From the IMG/VR virus record IMGVR_UViG_3300005264_000040, positions 96,001 to 160,000 of that record: a DNA stretch of 64,000 nucleotides. One strand, 5' to 3'. Numbering within the stretch: the first letter of the stretch is position 1; every line of letters starts with the position of its first letter. The translations under genes and the position numbers were made by a program. The DNA comes from a virus. Positions 9,985-19,651 of this stretch are shown piece by piece. The notes below the pieces were generated by a model that saw only the letters and a program-made list of their open reading frames with translations, was not told the DNA's origin and searched no databases.

Positions 9985-10059
9985 TTATTAGACACCCCCA
10001 GTATATATAATATTTTGCAACATTTAAATTATAGCACGTTTTTTCGTGAAAATCAAGTC

Positions 10060-11865
10060 CTATGCGAGATAAACGGATTGGATAAAGTCATCGATTTTAA
10101 AAACTACCTCTTGGAGTAATTTGTCATTGATAAGTATATTGCCCAAATAGCTCATTAATAACAGTTTTAAAAGATATTGTTTTATTTCTTCCATTTCAGG
10201 AAGTTTTTCTTTCAAATTTTCTGCATCAACATCTCCAACTATTGCTAAAGTGATTAAAGTTTCTAATGCTAAATCTGGTATATCAGAATATTGTGTCAAA
10301 TCATTGGCTAATTTAAGGAATGAAGTTCTATCGTCATATGTCATAGATCTTATTTTAGAAGCAATCTTAACAACATATTTTTTAGTATTTTCAGCCCATT
10401 CTTTTTGCCAATCTGGTACTTTGCCTAAATCTGAATATTTTCCTCTAATTATGGTAATTAATTTTACTTTCATATTTTTTAAATTAGATCCTAATATTTT
10501 TTTTATTTCATTTTTATCTACTCCGAATGAAGCTAATTTTTCCATTATACCATATTTATCGTATATTTCTTTTGTATAACCATCTTCTACTTCAAACATG
10601 CCATTTGGTTTTTTCTTAATATACCATTCAATTGAATGGTCATTAGCCGTTTTTGTTTCTTCAACCTCATATAGTTTCCAATGCAAAGGAATATATATTG
10701 TATTATCCGATTTGAAAATTTGTTTTAATCCTGCTACTTTTTTAAATTCTAATTCTTTGTTAGACCACAACGTTTGAATTAATCCACTTTTACCGTTATC
10801 ATATATTCCTTCGATTACAAAAGGTTCTGTTGTATGATTCTTTTCTCCCAATAAACCTGAAAAAACGCATGGTCTTTCATATGCTAATATTTCTGGTTCA
10901 TAAAATTCTTTTAATGAAGCTGTTTTTCTAGTTTCAAAAGAAACTTCAGGACTATCTAAATTTGTATATTGATTTATAACATCAGGAGTAACTTGTGCTA
11001 CTGCTCCTGCTACTATAGGAAGTATATCTATATCCTTTTCAGGATTCCATTTGCTTACATCTACTCCTTTATACATTAACAATTGAACTACTTGTTCTTT
11101 TGCCAAACCAGGAGCTTTTTGAAGAGGTTCTGCTTTTGGTTCAGTTTTCACTTCTACAGTATAAATAGGTTCTCCATATGGTTGTGGAGTTTTCAATATT
11201 TTGACATATCTTGCTTGCTGCATCTCGTCATCTTCTTCTCTTTCTTGTTGCATTGGTGGTTGTTGTGTATCTTGAAGATTTGTATCTTGCATTTGCTTCT
11301 TTTGTATTATATTCATTAATTGATTAGAAGCTTTCTTTATTAATTGTCTAAATTTTGGGTTAGTTTGAAAATCATGTAATAAATCAGAATCCATTTTTAT
11401 AAAATATTCGATATCTTGCAATGCTTGTTCCGGATTCTTGAGAGAACCTACTTTTATTCCCATACCATTAACAGAGTGGGAAGGAATAAATGGCAAAGGT
11501 TTTTCTGCTGTAGGTGGCTTTTCTTTTATAGGTCTTCCTATAGTATTTGCATTTTGTGCCAAGTTATTAAAATGATTTTCATCAAGCACTTCTAAATTCC
11601 CATTATTATCAATAAATATTGTCAGAGGAGCTAACTTTTTGTTTTTTATAATAGCAGGAACTACAAATTGTATTTCTCCTAATTTAAATACTAAAGCAAA
11701 AACAGTTTTCATCATATCATCTTCTACTATTTTTACTTTAACAGAATCGTATTTTACATATGGATGCAAACTTTTAAACACTTTTATTATATAAAATGGC
11801 CACTCTGATTTTTGACTCGGCATTTTCTTTTCTTTTATTTTAGAAACATCAATCATGTTTGTCAC
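10060..11865 (-). CDS. Putative virion (head-associated) protein with repeated K-x-A-S motifs
   Basis: 601 aa with RKTAS, EKLAS, VKIAS, LKLAN and a Q-rich linker. Function inferred only. Confidence 0.55.
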   Translation of the reverse strand: MTNMIDVSKIKEKKMPSQKSEWPFYIIKVFKSLHPYVKYDSVKVKIVEDDMMKTVFALVFKLGEIQFVVPAIIKNKKLAPLTIFIDNNGNLEVLDENHFNNLAQNANTIGRPIKEKPPTAEKPLPFIPSHSVNGMGIKVGSLKNPEQALQDIEYFIKMDSDLLHDFQTNPKFRQLIKKASNQLMNIIQKKQMQDTNLQDTQQPPMQQEREEDDEMQQARYVKILKTPQPYGEPIYTVEVKTEPKAEPLQKAPGLAKEQVVQLLMYKGVDVSKWNPEKDIDILPIVAGAVAQVTPDVINQYTNLDSPEVSFETRKTASLKEFYEPEILAYERPCVFSGLLGEKNHTTEPFVIEGIYDNGKSGLIQTLWSNKELEFKKVAGLKQIFKSDNTIYIPLHWKLYEVEETKTANDHSIEWYIKKKPNGMFEVEDGYTKEIYDKYGIMEKLASFGVDKNEIKKILGSNLKNMKVKLITIIRGKYSDLGKVPDWQKEWAENTKKYVVKIASKIRSMTYDDRTSFLKLANDLTQYSDIPDLALETLITLAIVGDVDAENLKEKLPEMEEIKQYLLKLLLMSYLGNILINDKLLQEVVFKIDDFIQSVYLA

Positions 11866-11950
11866 TCCTTTTTATGGCTTTTTATTTTATTATAACATAT
11901 TTTTTTCGTGATTTCTTATTAAAAACTCACTTTTGATTATACCATAAAAT

Positions 11951-11982
11951 AAAAAGAGGTTGCCAAAACAGATTGGCAACCT
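11951..11982 (-). terminator. Intrinsic terminator
   Basis: 10-bp stem AGGTTGCCAA/TTGGCAACCT plus T-tract on minus, after the spike gene. Confidence 0.75.
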
Positions 11983-12005
11983 TACTCAATTCTAAAGGAG
12001 GGATA

Positions 12006-13631
12006 CTAAGATAGCGGTGGGGTCATTGGTGTGGTAGGAGCACCTGGTCCCGTACTTACATGCGTATGCGCATTTAAAGAGGTTTTTAGCGTTGTCAAAA
12101 TTTGTTCCATTTTGGTTTTATATTCTTCAAATTCTGTTTTTGTAATAACATTATCTCCGTTTCTTTTTAAATTACCGGTTATATCAAAATTCCCGTCTAT
12201 TAAAAAATCTCCTTTAATTGATATTTTATTTCCTGTAATATATACTTCCTTTCCTTTTATTACTACATCTTCTCCTGCTTCCAAACTTACACCTTTTTTA
12301 GAAGCGTAAGTCAAAGGCTCATCTGTAGAAAATTTAATTCCTTCATTAGTGACAAGAATAGAATGTTTCCCAGATTTTAATTCTATTTGATTTCTTTTTA
12401 TAGAAATAAAAGAGCGTTCTGTTTCTTCAGTTGATTGTGTTAAGTTAAGATCAGAATCAATCCTAAGATTAGATGCATTGGATTGTTCCTGTGAATTTTC
12501 TACCATTATTTTTATTTCACCGTCTTGGTTAGAATATATAAAAATACCATCTTGATTATAAATTGTTTTTACAATAGAATCTTTATTTTTATAATTTCCT
12601 ATTTCTATTAATTCAGGATTCATAGAAAACTTTGTTATAGGCAATCCTTTTTCTGGTATATCTTTTGGATCTTCAGGATCTCTTGGAGATGAAGTTAAAG
12701 TCATTTGATTTTCATCCATATAAATAAGATTTCTAAAAATATTGTAATTAAAAGAGAAAGGACCTAATGCTAATCCTGATGAAACAGCCCATTCGGGAGT
12801 TTCTTGTCCAACTTTTTTATTATAGCTCCATGTCATTTGAAGCTTTTGAGAAGGTTCTCCAAATGTTGTTAATAAATTAGTAGTTACTTCTTTCCCTAAA
12901 GGTCTATCGTAATAGTTGAACACAAAACTAGTACTTCTTTCTTTTAAGTCATACTGTACGTTCATTTCAGTATTTAATAATTTTATAGCTAATTGTGGTA
13001 ATTTCATTTTTAAAACAGGAATTATAAGAGGAACAGATTGAATATATTCTATCCTCAAAGGTGAAAAAAGTTCTGAAGAATAATCTTCCATTTCTTTATG
13101 GAATTCTTCTGATGTCTTAATGTCTAATGCATTAAGATGTTCTAACATTGGATAATTAAATATTCTAAAACTCATGTCTCCAGAACTTTTTATAATATAA
13201 CTATATGTATAAAAGAAACCATATTTATCTCCATAATCAGGAATTATATTAGAAAAAGAAGAACCAGCTTTTGATTCTTTTATTCCTTTGTTTTCAGGTA
13301 AAAACTTTTTGAAAGCTATCAAATTTTGTTGCTTGTCAAAGTTTTCATAAGTTGCTATTGTCCTTTGTAAAAGATATGCTTTATTAGTATCTTCATCCAC
13401 TAGTATTACAACATGTTCTCCAGGAGTTGGAATTTGAAATTGATAACCGTATATAGGATGTTGAACTCCTATTTCTTTTCCTTTTTTATTTTGAGTTCTC
13501 ATTTGAACATATTTTTGCATAGAATCAAAAACATATCTTGTAACGTATATTGAACCATCTTCTGCTAAAACTTCTATTGAATGTGTTTCTTTTATAACTT
13601 TTTTTATTATACCCTCTTTTATCGAAATCAT
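12006..13631 (-). CDS. Baseplate central spike (gpV/gp5-like)
   Basis: N-terminal OB-fold-like segment (IPTPGEHVVILV), beta-helix-like C-terminal repeats and terminal HxH tip NAHTHVSTGPGAPT. Confidence 0.8.
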   Translation of the reverse strand: MISIKEGIIKKVIKETHSIEVLAEDGSIYVTRYVFDSMQKYVQMRTQNKKGKEIGVQHPIYGYQFQIPTPGEHVVILVDEDTNKAYLLQRTIATYENFDKQQNLIAFKKFLPENKGIKESKAGSSFSNIIPDYGDKYGFFYTYSYIIKSSGDMSFRIFNYPMLEHLNALDIKTSEEFHKEMEDYSSELFSPLRIEYIQSVPLIIPVLKMKLPQLAIKLLNTEMNVQYDLKERSTSFVFNYYDRPLGKEVTTNLLTTFGEPSQKLQMTWSYNKKVGQETPEWAVSSGLALGPFSFNYNIFRNLIYMDENQMTLTSSPRDPEDPKDIPEKGLPITKFSMNPELIEIGNYKNKDSIVKTIYNQDGIFIYSNQDGEIKIMVENSQEQSNASNLRIDSDLNLTQSTEETERSFISIKRNQIELKSGKHSILVTNEGIKFSTDEPLTYASKKGVSLEAGEDVVIKGKEVYITGNKISIKGDFLIDGNFDITGNLKRNGDNVITKTEFEEYKTKMEQILTTLKTSLNAHTHVSTGPGAPTTPMTPPLS

Positions 13632-13643
13632 ACTTCCAACTCC

Positions 13644-13922
13644 TTAGAATGAATGGAATCCGTCATTTTCAACCTTTGCTTTTATTTCAGGGTCTGTTTT
13701 ATCTTTATCTAAAGAATAAGAAGGTTTTTCACTATAATTTGAGTAAGTTTTTATCCAACCTGTTTTATCCACTATTTTCAAAGCTGGTTTGCTTATCAAT
13801 CTTATCATAGGAGCACCACAAGTACTACATGTTTTTGGTTTATCTCTATCTTTTACAGATCTAAATTCTGTTTCTTCGTTAAAACATATTTCACAATAAT
13901 ATTTATACATTGGCATTATCAA
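13644..13922 (-). CDS. FmdB-family zinc-ribbon protein
   Basis: MPMYKYYC..C...PKTCSTCGAPMIRLIS. Confidence 0.85.
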   Translation of the reverse strand: MIMPMYKYYCEICFNEETEFRSVKDRDKPKTCSTCGAPMIRLISKPALKIVDKTGWIKTYSNYSEKPSYSLDKDKTDPEIKAKVENDGFHSF

Positions 13923-13934
13923 TCCACCCCTTTC

Positions 13935-15200
13935 TTATACTATAACTAAATTAAGATTTAAATTTATCACAGTAGGTCTCTGAGGGTCCTGCAATAAATT
14001 AAAACTTTGTATTGTACCTGTCAAAAACGAATCAGTTTCTGTTTTGGAATAATTCTTAAAAAATTCTTTTTCAAAAAAATAAGAACTTCTCAATGAAATA
14101 GTTGCGCCTGTTCTCATTATACCATTTAAAATACTTTCAAAAATGTTATATACTGCAAACGGGTTCTCATCTATTTTTAATTCTTCTACCAAATCAGCTA
14201 CATCAAACATAACATTTATATTCATAGAAGTGGTAGAAATATCATAATAAAACAAGGATATAGTTCTTACATATTCACGTAATGCACTTGAAGGATTTAA
14301 CGAAATACTTAAATTTGTCAAAATCCCAGGTAATATATATTTATGTTTTTCAGATAAATTTAAAATCAACTTTACTTCTGTTTCCTCTTCAGAATTCAAA
14401 TAATCCAAAAATGCATTATTCCATCTCATCTCTTGGATATCGCCTTTTATTTTTGTTATTATTTTTTCATCAGTTTGATGATGTAATACAGGAGTGTATA
14501 GTCTAAATTTACCTTTCGGATCTACTATAGGATCTTTTAATATATTAGTAGTAGGCATTTTACTTTCTTGTATGTAATCATACCATGCAGTTCTTTCTTT
14601 ATCTAAAGTATATCTATCAATAGAAGATAATAGAATGCCGGTCAAACCTCCTGTTATTGCTGGTGTATTTGCATCCCACATATAAGAAAACCCTACAGGA
14701 GCAAATAAATAAACTCCATTTTGTGAAGCGATGTAAGTTATATAATTGCCAGCAAAAAAACCAGTCCAAATATGTTTATAGAACCAATCCAAAAACGCAA
14801 AAGCATTTCTTAATTGTCTTTGTAAAATTTGTGCAGTTTCAGAAGCATACGGATTTGTATTTTGAATATTTAAAGCATAGTCTTTATCATGCACAGCAGG
14901 AAACATAAATCCCAAATTTATTCGTGGAAAACTTGGTGTAGAATATACAGGCTGTGCTTGTTTTAAAGTATATAAAGTTTGCATTCTTGAGTTTTGATTT
15001 ATTGTCAAAGAATTCATAAATGCATCTACAAAAAGAGGTTCTCTGACTATTTTAGGTTTATCATATCCGGAATCCTCAGTAATTTCTTGATAAACAATTC
15101 CAAACTCTACTTCGCTTACATCGTCATATTCATACCCTGCTTTATTCAATATTTCTTCATAAATTTGGAGTTTCGAAGTTTTATTTGCCATTTTTATCAC
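13935..15200 (-). CDS. Putative baseplate or tail-tube-related protein
   Basis: Position between hub and spike genes. C-terminal TGTIQSFNL..VINLNLNLV is a tube/hub-like strand pattern. Confidence 0.4.
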   Translation of the reverse strand: MIKMANKTSKLQIYEEILNKAGYEYDDVSEVEFGIVYQEITEDSGYDKPKIVREPLFVDAFMNSLTINQNSRMQTLYTLKQAQPVYSTPSFPRINLGFMFPAVHDKDYALNIQNTNPYASETAQILQRQLRNAFAFLDWFYKHIWTGFFAGNYITYIASQNGVYLFAPVGFSYMWDANTPAITGGLTGILLSSIDRYTLDKERTAWYDYIQESKMPTTNILKDPIVDPKGKFRLYTPVLHHQTDEKIITKIKGDIQEMRWNNAFLDYLNSEEETEVKLILNLSEKHKYILPGILTNLSISLNPSSALREYVRTISLFYYDISTTSMNINVMFDVADLVEELKIDENPFAVYNIFESILNGIMRTGATISLRSSYFFEKEFFKNYSKTETDSFLTGTIQSFNLLQDPQRPTVINLNLNLVIV

Positions 15201-15931
15201 CTATCAATTTTTATTTTGTCCAATTGCATTTTAGAAATCTTTGTAATTTGACTTTCAGCATTAAGATAATCTTGTAATATTTTTGTTGATTTGTTTTTGA
15301 TTTGAGAAACTCTTGCATTTGATATTTTGTATTTTTTACTAATCTCGTTTCCAGATTTTCCTTGAAGAATATCATTAAAAATTGGGATATGTTCTTGAGG
15401 AAGTTTTTGTTTGGCATAGTCAATAGCATTTTTATATTTTAAACTTGTGTCATCTTCGACTGGATCGAAACTAGTATAATCAACACTTACACCTGGCTTT
15501 AACATTTGCTGCATTTTATTCACCTTCGAAACTGGCCATTTTAATTCGTCAGCTAGTTGTTGTGGTGTTGGGTTTATTCCACCGTTTCTTGATTTGAGTT
15601 TTTCTCTTACTGACAAAAATGTACCTGCTTCCAATTTATAATTTTCTGGAAGCCTTACAGCTGTTTGATTATCATTTACAAATCTATATAATTTGTTTAA
15701 ATAACTTGACACTACAGCTTGTACAGGTACTCCTCTATTAGGATTATACACCTTTAATGCTTGTATAATCAATCTATCCGCTTCAGCTTCTATTACTGAA
15801 GGAGATACTCCACTTCCATAATATTTCTTTATGGCATTGACTTTTTGTCCTTCTAAATCATCAAGGATTTCATCTAATAACATTGGATCTTTTGTTTGTT
15901 GCCATTTAACTACTTTTTCTTTAAGTGTCAT
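15197..15931 (-). CDS. Sigma-70-family (FliA/WhiG-like) RNA polymerase sigma factor
   Basis: Region 2 (LIIQALKVYNPNRGV), region 3 (PTPQQLADELKWPVSKV) and region 4 HTH (GKSGNEISKKYKISNARVSQIK). Confidence 0.85.
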   Translation of the reverse strand: MTLKEKVVKWQQTKDPMLLDEILDDLEGQKVNAIKKYYGSGVSPSVIEAEADRLIIQALKVYNPNRGVPVQAVVSSYLNKLYRFVNDNQTAVRLPENYKLEAGTFLSVREKLKSRNGGINPTPQQLADELKWPVSKVNKMQQMLKPGVSVDYTSFDPVEDDTSLKYKNAIDYAKQKLPQEHIPIFNDILQGKSGNEISKKYKISNARVSQIKNKSTKILQDYLNAESQITKISKMQLDKIKIDR

Positions 15932-15951
15932 TTTTCAACACCATCCTTTTT

Positions 15952-18342
15952 TTACTCATCAAGTATAATATTTGTCATAACTTGCCATGCGCCTGGTAAT
16001 AAACTTTTTAAGTTATTATCAATTTTATGTACTTGTTCCCAATCTTTTCTTACTGATGTAACTTGATTAGTAATCATAAAATTCTTTATATCTCTAACGA
16101 TTACTTTGTTAGGATAAAGTTCCTTTGCTTTATTTAAAAGAAAAGCTGTTGCAGTATTCTCGGCTGGTTTATAAGTTTCCTGATTAATTCTTACATGTAG
16201 CCCTAAATCTGATTTATAAGGTAAATTCCTTTTTCTTATTTTATATATTTTTTCTAATTGTTCATAAGTAGGATTAAAGAATTTAATTCCTTCTTCGTTT
16301 TCTAAATCTATATGATTGAATGCATTCTTATCTTCAGGATTTAAATTGGCTAACACATATTTAAACATTTCAGAATTTACTATTTTAGGTGTATTAAAAC
16401 CTTCAAACCATTCTTTAGAAACCCATGGCAATGGAACTCCGTATTTTTCGCTCCAACTTGCGCCTGTTAAATCGTTTTCTATACTATTAGGCTCAATCCA
16501 ATTTTGAGTGCCATATTCTGCTTCTGCAGTTATTGGTAAAGGTTGTATGATTGTCAAATTAGTAATTGCAGTTCCTGAATTTGCATCTATAGTATGAGTT
16601 AAACCTTCTAAAGTAGCAATAATAAATAAACCATTTAAATCTATCAAAACAGGCATTCCTACTATTAAATAAGGATTAAATTTAACTGTAATAGAAGTTT
16701 GAGCAGCTTGAGTAACGTGTTGATAATAAACAGCAGCTGCATAACTAGCTCCATAGTTGTCATATAAGTTTCTTACCACATCATTTACTTTAACTTCAGA
16801 ATCAGCCATAGCTTTTTGAATATCTTGTATTTCTACTGTAGCAGGATTTTCATATTGTTGTTTTTCTATATCCAATCTTTCTTTACTATATTGCTCTGTT
16901 TTTCCTTTCAATCCCGGTATTAATTGAAACAACAATAGAGAGGTTGCATCTGAACCTACTTCTGAAGTTGTAGTTTTACTGTCACCATCCACATAAGATA
17001 TTTGTGATAAACCATTGAATACCATATTTAATAAAGGATAACTATCCTGCACCATTTTAATTGGTTTATAATATTCAGCAGCTAAAAATGGATCTTTTAT
17101 AGGTGTGTTTTGGGTATAAGCATTTTCCCATAATCCACCTCCTACATAATCAAAATAACCTAATAACATATTTTTCGAGACAACTTCCAAAAGAGTAGTA
17201 GAATTTTCATATATAGATTTTGCGCTCGAAGCAATGTCATTTAAAAAGTCATTTGTTTTTAAAGACAGGTAATTATTATCGTCTCCTCCAAAATCATTAC
17301 TTAGGTTTCTAGCTATTTTATTATTAGGAAAGAAAGATAACATAGGAATTTGCCCACCATTTGTGCCAGAAGGATAAACCATAACTCTAGTAGGCATAGC
17401 AAAATAATCTTGCCCAACATTTACATTAATTATATCTTCTGGAATTAATACATTGCACAAAGGTACTCTTCTTCCTGCAATCCAAACTGGATTAGCTGTC
17501 ATTCTAATAACTTGCATACTAAGTTCTTTGTTTTTCCCTACTTTTTTCAGATAAGGAGCTTGACAATACATCTTACTTGACACTGCTCCTATAATATTAT
17601 AAAAAGCCCCGCCTATTGTTCCGGAACGCATATAATTTGTTGTAGAATAACTTTGCAACTCAACTAATTTAGCCGCACCCATTCCGGCGGATAAACTTCC
17701 TATCCCTTTTATACTTTCGTATAATCCATATTTCATATCAATATATTTACTATATAAAGTCAATTGCCCAAACAATTCTTTTAAGAATTTAGTTAATTCA
17801 TTTAACGGGATTTCACCATTTCTGTTGAAAAAATCCAAAAGTTCAAGTACTATATAAGTTCCCGCTTCTCGCCTTGTAGTAGTGAGCATAGCTTCATACA
17901 TCGATGAATTTAAATTAATGACATCTGCACCATTATTTAAAATAGCATAAGGGATTCTAAACATTAAGTTCGGAATCCCTTCTACATTTATCGAGACACT
18001 ATGGGATATAGCAGTTTTATTATATGCATAACCAGATACTACTCCATCTGCAATAAGTACTTCTTTTCCCGTTTCGTCTTCAAAAGTTACTTGTACCCAT
18101 GACATTGGTGGAATTCTAGTCATCACCATATAAGGGGGAAATGAAATTTGAATGGTAATATTATTTTCGCCTGCAACTATATTTATATTAGAAAAGTCAA
18201 ATTCTATGCCTTCTATATAAACATGGAAGCGTTCTACTGGATTGGGAACCATTCTTATATCATATTTATTGTTTTCCTTTATTATTTTGTTGAATTTATC
18301 GAAATCGGTTAATTCGGTGAGTTGGTTGAATTTTTCATCCAT
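15952..18342 (-). CDS. Baseplate hub (gp27/gpD-like) tail protein
   Basis: N-terminal HVYIEGIEFDF, C-terminal SITVKFNPYLIVGMPVLI..LEGLTHTID typical of hub proteins, and gene context. Confidence 0.6.
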   Translation of the reverse strand: MDEKFNQLTELTDFDKFNKIIKENNKYDIRMVPNPVERFHVYIEGIEFDFSNINIVAGENNITIQISFPPYMVMTRIPPMSWVQVTFEDETGKEVLIADGVVSGYAYNKTAISHSVSINVEGIPNLMFRIPYAILNNGADVINLNSSMYEAMLTTTRREAGTYIVLELLDFFNRNGEIPLNELTKFLKELFGQLTLYSKYIDMKYGLYESIKGIGSLSAGMGAAKLVELQSYSTTNYMRSGTIGGAFYNIIGAVSSKMYCQAPYLKKVGKNKELSMQVIRMTANPVWIAGRRVPLCNVLIPEDIINVNVGQDYFAMPTRVMVYPSGTNGGQIPMLSFFPNNKIARNLSNDFGGDDNNYLSLKTNDFLNDIASSAKSIYENSTTLLEVVSKNMLLGYFDYVGGGLWENAYTQNTPIKDPFLAAEYYKPIKMVQDSYPLLNMVFNGLSQISYVDGDSKTTTSEVGSDATSLLLFQLIPGLKGKTEQYSKERLDIEKQQYENPATVEIQDIQKAMADSEVKVNDVVRNLYDNYGASYAAAVYYQHVTQAAQTSITVKFNPYLIVGMPVLIDLNGLFIIATLEGLTHTIDANSGTAITNLTIIQPLPITAEAEYGTQNWIEPNSIENDLTGASWSEKYGVPLPWVSKEWFEGFNTPKIVNSEMFKYVLANLNPEDKNAFNHIDLENEEGIKFFNPTYEQLEKIYKIRKRNLPYKSDLGLHVRINQETYKPAENTATAFLLNKAKELYPNKVIVRDIKNFMITNQVTSVRKDWEQVHKIDNNLKSLLPGAWQVMTNIILDE

Positions 18343-18354
18343 TTAAAATCCCCC

Positions 18355-19137
18355 TTATTCCTCAAGTCCAAAAAATTTTCTATATTTATAAGATGTTTTA
18401 GGCCCAAAAATGCCATCTGGCTGAGCTCCTACCATTTGTTGTATATTTTTTATCAAAGTTTTTAACGGAGGATGTACGTTATATAATTTATAAACCTTAT
18501 AACATTTTTTAGCGTAATCTGGATCAGTTGCATATCTATGTTCTTGTAGTTGCTGATAGAAATATTCTACTTTTAATTTTCTTCTATAAACAATAGTTGT
18601 CCAATCAAAATACCTTGAAATAAACTGTACATAAGTTTCAAAAAAATCTTCAGGATTTCTAAAAACTGCAAAAGTTTCTAAGGACAACACTTTGTTTCTA
18701 TATTTTGTTGATTTAGTACCACCTTTTATCAATTTGTATTGTTTTAACCTTGATAAATGTCTAGAACCATAATACTCAACAACTTCCACTTCAACTTTTT
18801 CTGCTTTTTCCATCCAATCACGATACTTTAAATTACCGAAATTATATCCATAAACTCTTCCGTTTATAACAGCGCTTTTGACATTAGTGAACCATTCAGT
18901 CTCCAAAGCAAACTGTCCTAATATTGCATCATGTACTAGTTTTCTTCTTTTGTTATTAACTTGGTCAAAAGTTTTTAACCATTCCATTATTATAGGTGAC
19001 AAAATTCTTTCTGCCGTAAGTTTAGCAAGATATACTTTTTCGCTCAAATTTAAATCTTCGGTAATCACTCCCGGTACAAGAAATCCTTCATACAAATTAC
19101 TCATATTGTTCAACTCCTTTCTTTTTAAAATATTCAT
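18355..19137 (-). CDS. GH73 glucosaminidase/muramidase with C-terminal peptidoglycan-binding motif
   Basis: GQFALET, YNFGNLK, YATDPDY catalytic-domain motifs and QQMVGAQPDGIFGPKT. Confidence 0.85.
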   Translation of the reverse strand: MNILKRKELNNMSNLYEGFLVPGVITEDLNLSEKVYLAKLTAERILSPIIMEWLKTFDQVNNKRRKLVHDAILGQFALETEWFTNVKSAVINGRVYGYNFGNLKYRDWMEKAEKVEVEVVEYYGSRHLSRLKQYKLIKGGTKSTKYRNKVLSLETFAVFRNPEDFFETYVQFISRYFDWTTIVYRRKLKVEYFYQQLQEHRYATDPDYAKKCYKVYKLYNVHPPLKTLIKNIQQMVGAQPDGIFGPKTSYKYRKFFGLEE

Positions 19138-19651
19138 CCAGCTGCACCTTTATATTTTCATATAAAATTTGTTTAACTGTTTCCCTCAAAGTTTCGAATA
19201 ATGGTTGCAATTTTTCATTTTCTTCATCAAATAAAACAATTTCTTTTTCGCTCATTTCTGTTGCTTTTAACCATACCGTCTCAAAAGCAATTCTATCTAT
19301 TTTTATTCCTTTTTTTCTTATATCTATTTTATCCATAAGAAAATTAGATATAGAAAAATCATCCATATAGTCTTGCGCCTCAATAAAAAGCGGGTCTGTT
19401 TTCAGCATTTCAAATTCTTTTTCAAATATTTTTTCTTCCGCCATTCTTTTAATAGCTTCTTCAAAAAACTCTTTGTAATTAAACAACTTCAAACCAGCTT
19501 TTATTATTTTAGTATCTGATGTATTTTTTATCAAAAAATATACATATAATTCTTCTGACATATTTATAGGAGTTGTTATATCTACTTCTAAAATCTTTGT
19601 TGTATTAACAAATACACTATGATTAAATTCTTTAAAATGTATCCATCCCAT
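19097..19651 (-). CDS. Hypothetical protein (start uncertain, alternative ATG at 19561)
   Basis: 184-aa ORF in operon. Confidence 0.6.
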   Translation of the reverse strand: MGWIHFKEFNHSVFVNTTKILEVDITTPINMSEELYVYFLIKNTSDTKIIKAGLKLFNYKEFFEEAIKRMAEEKIFEKEFEMLKTDPLFIEAQDYMDDFSISNFLMDKIDIRKKGIKIDRIAFETVWLKATEMSEKEIVLFDEENEKLQPLFETLRETVKQILYENIKVQLDEYFKKKGVEQYE

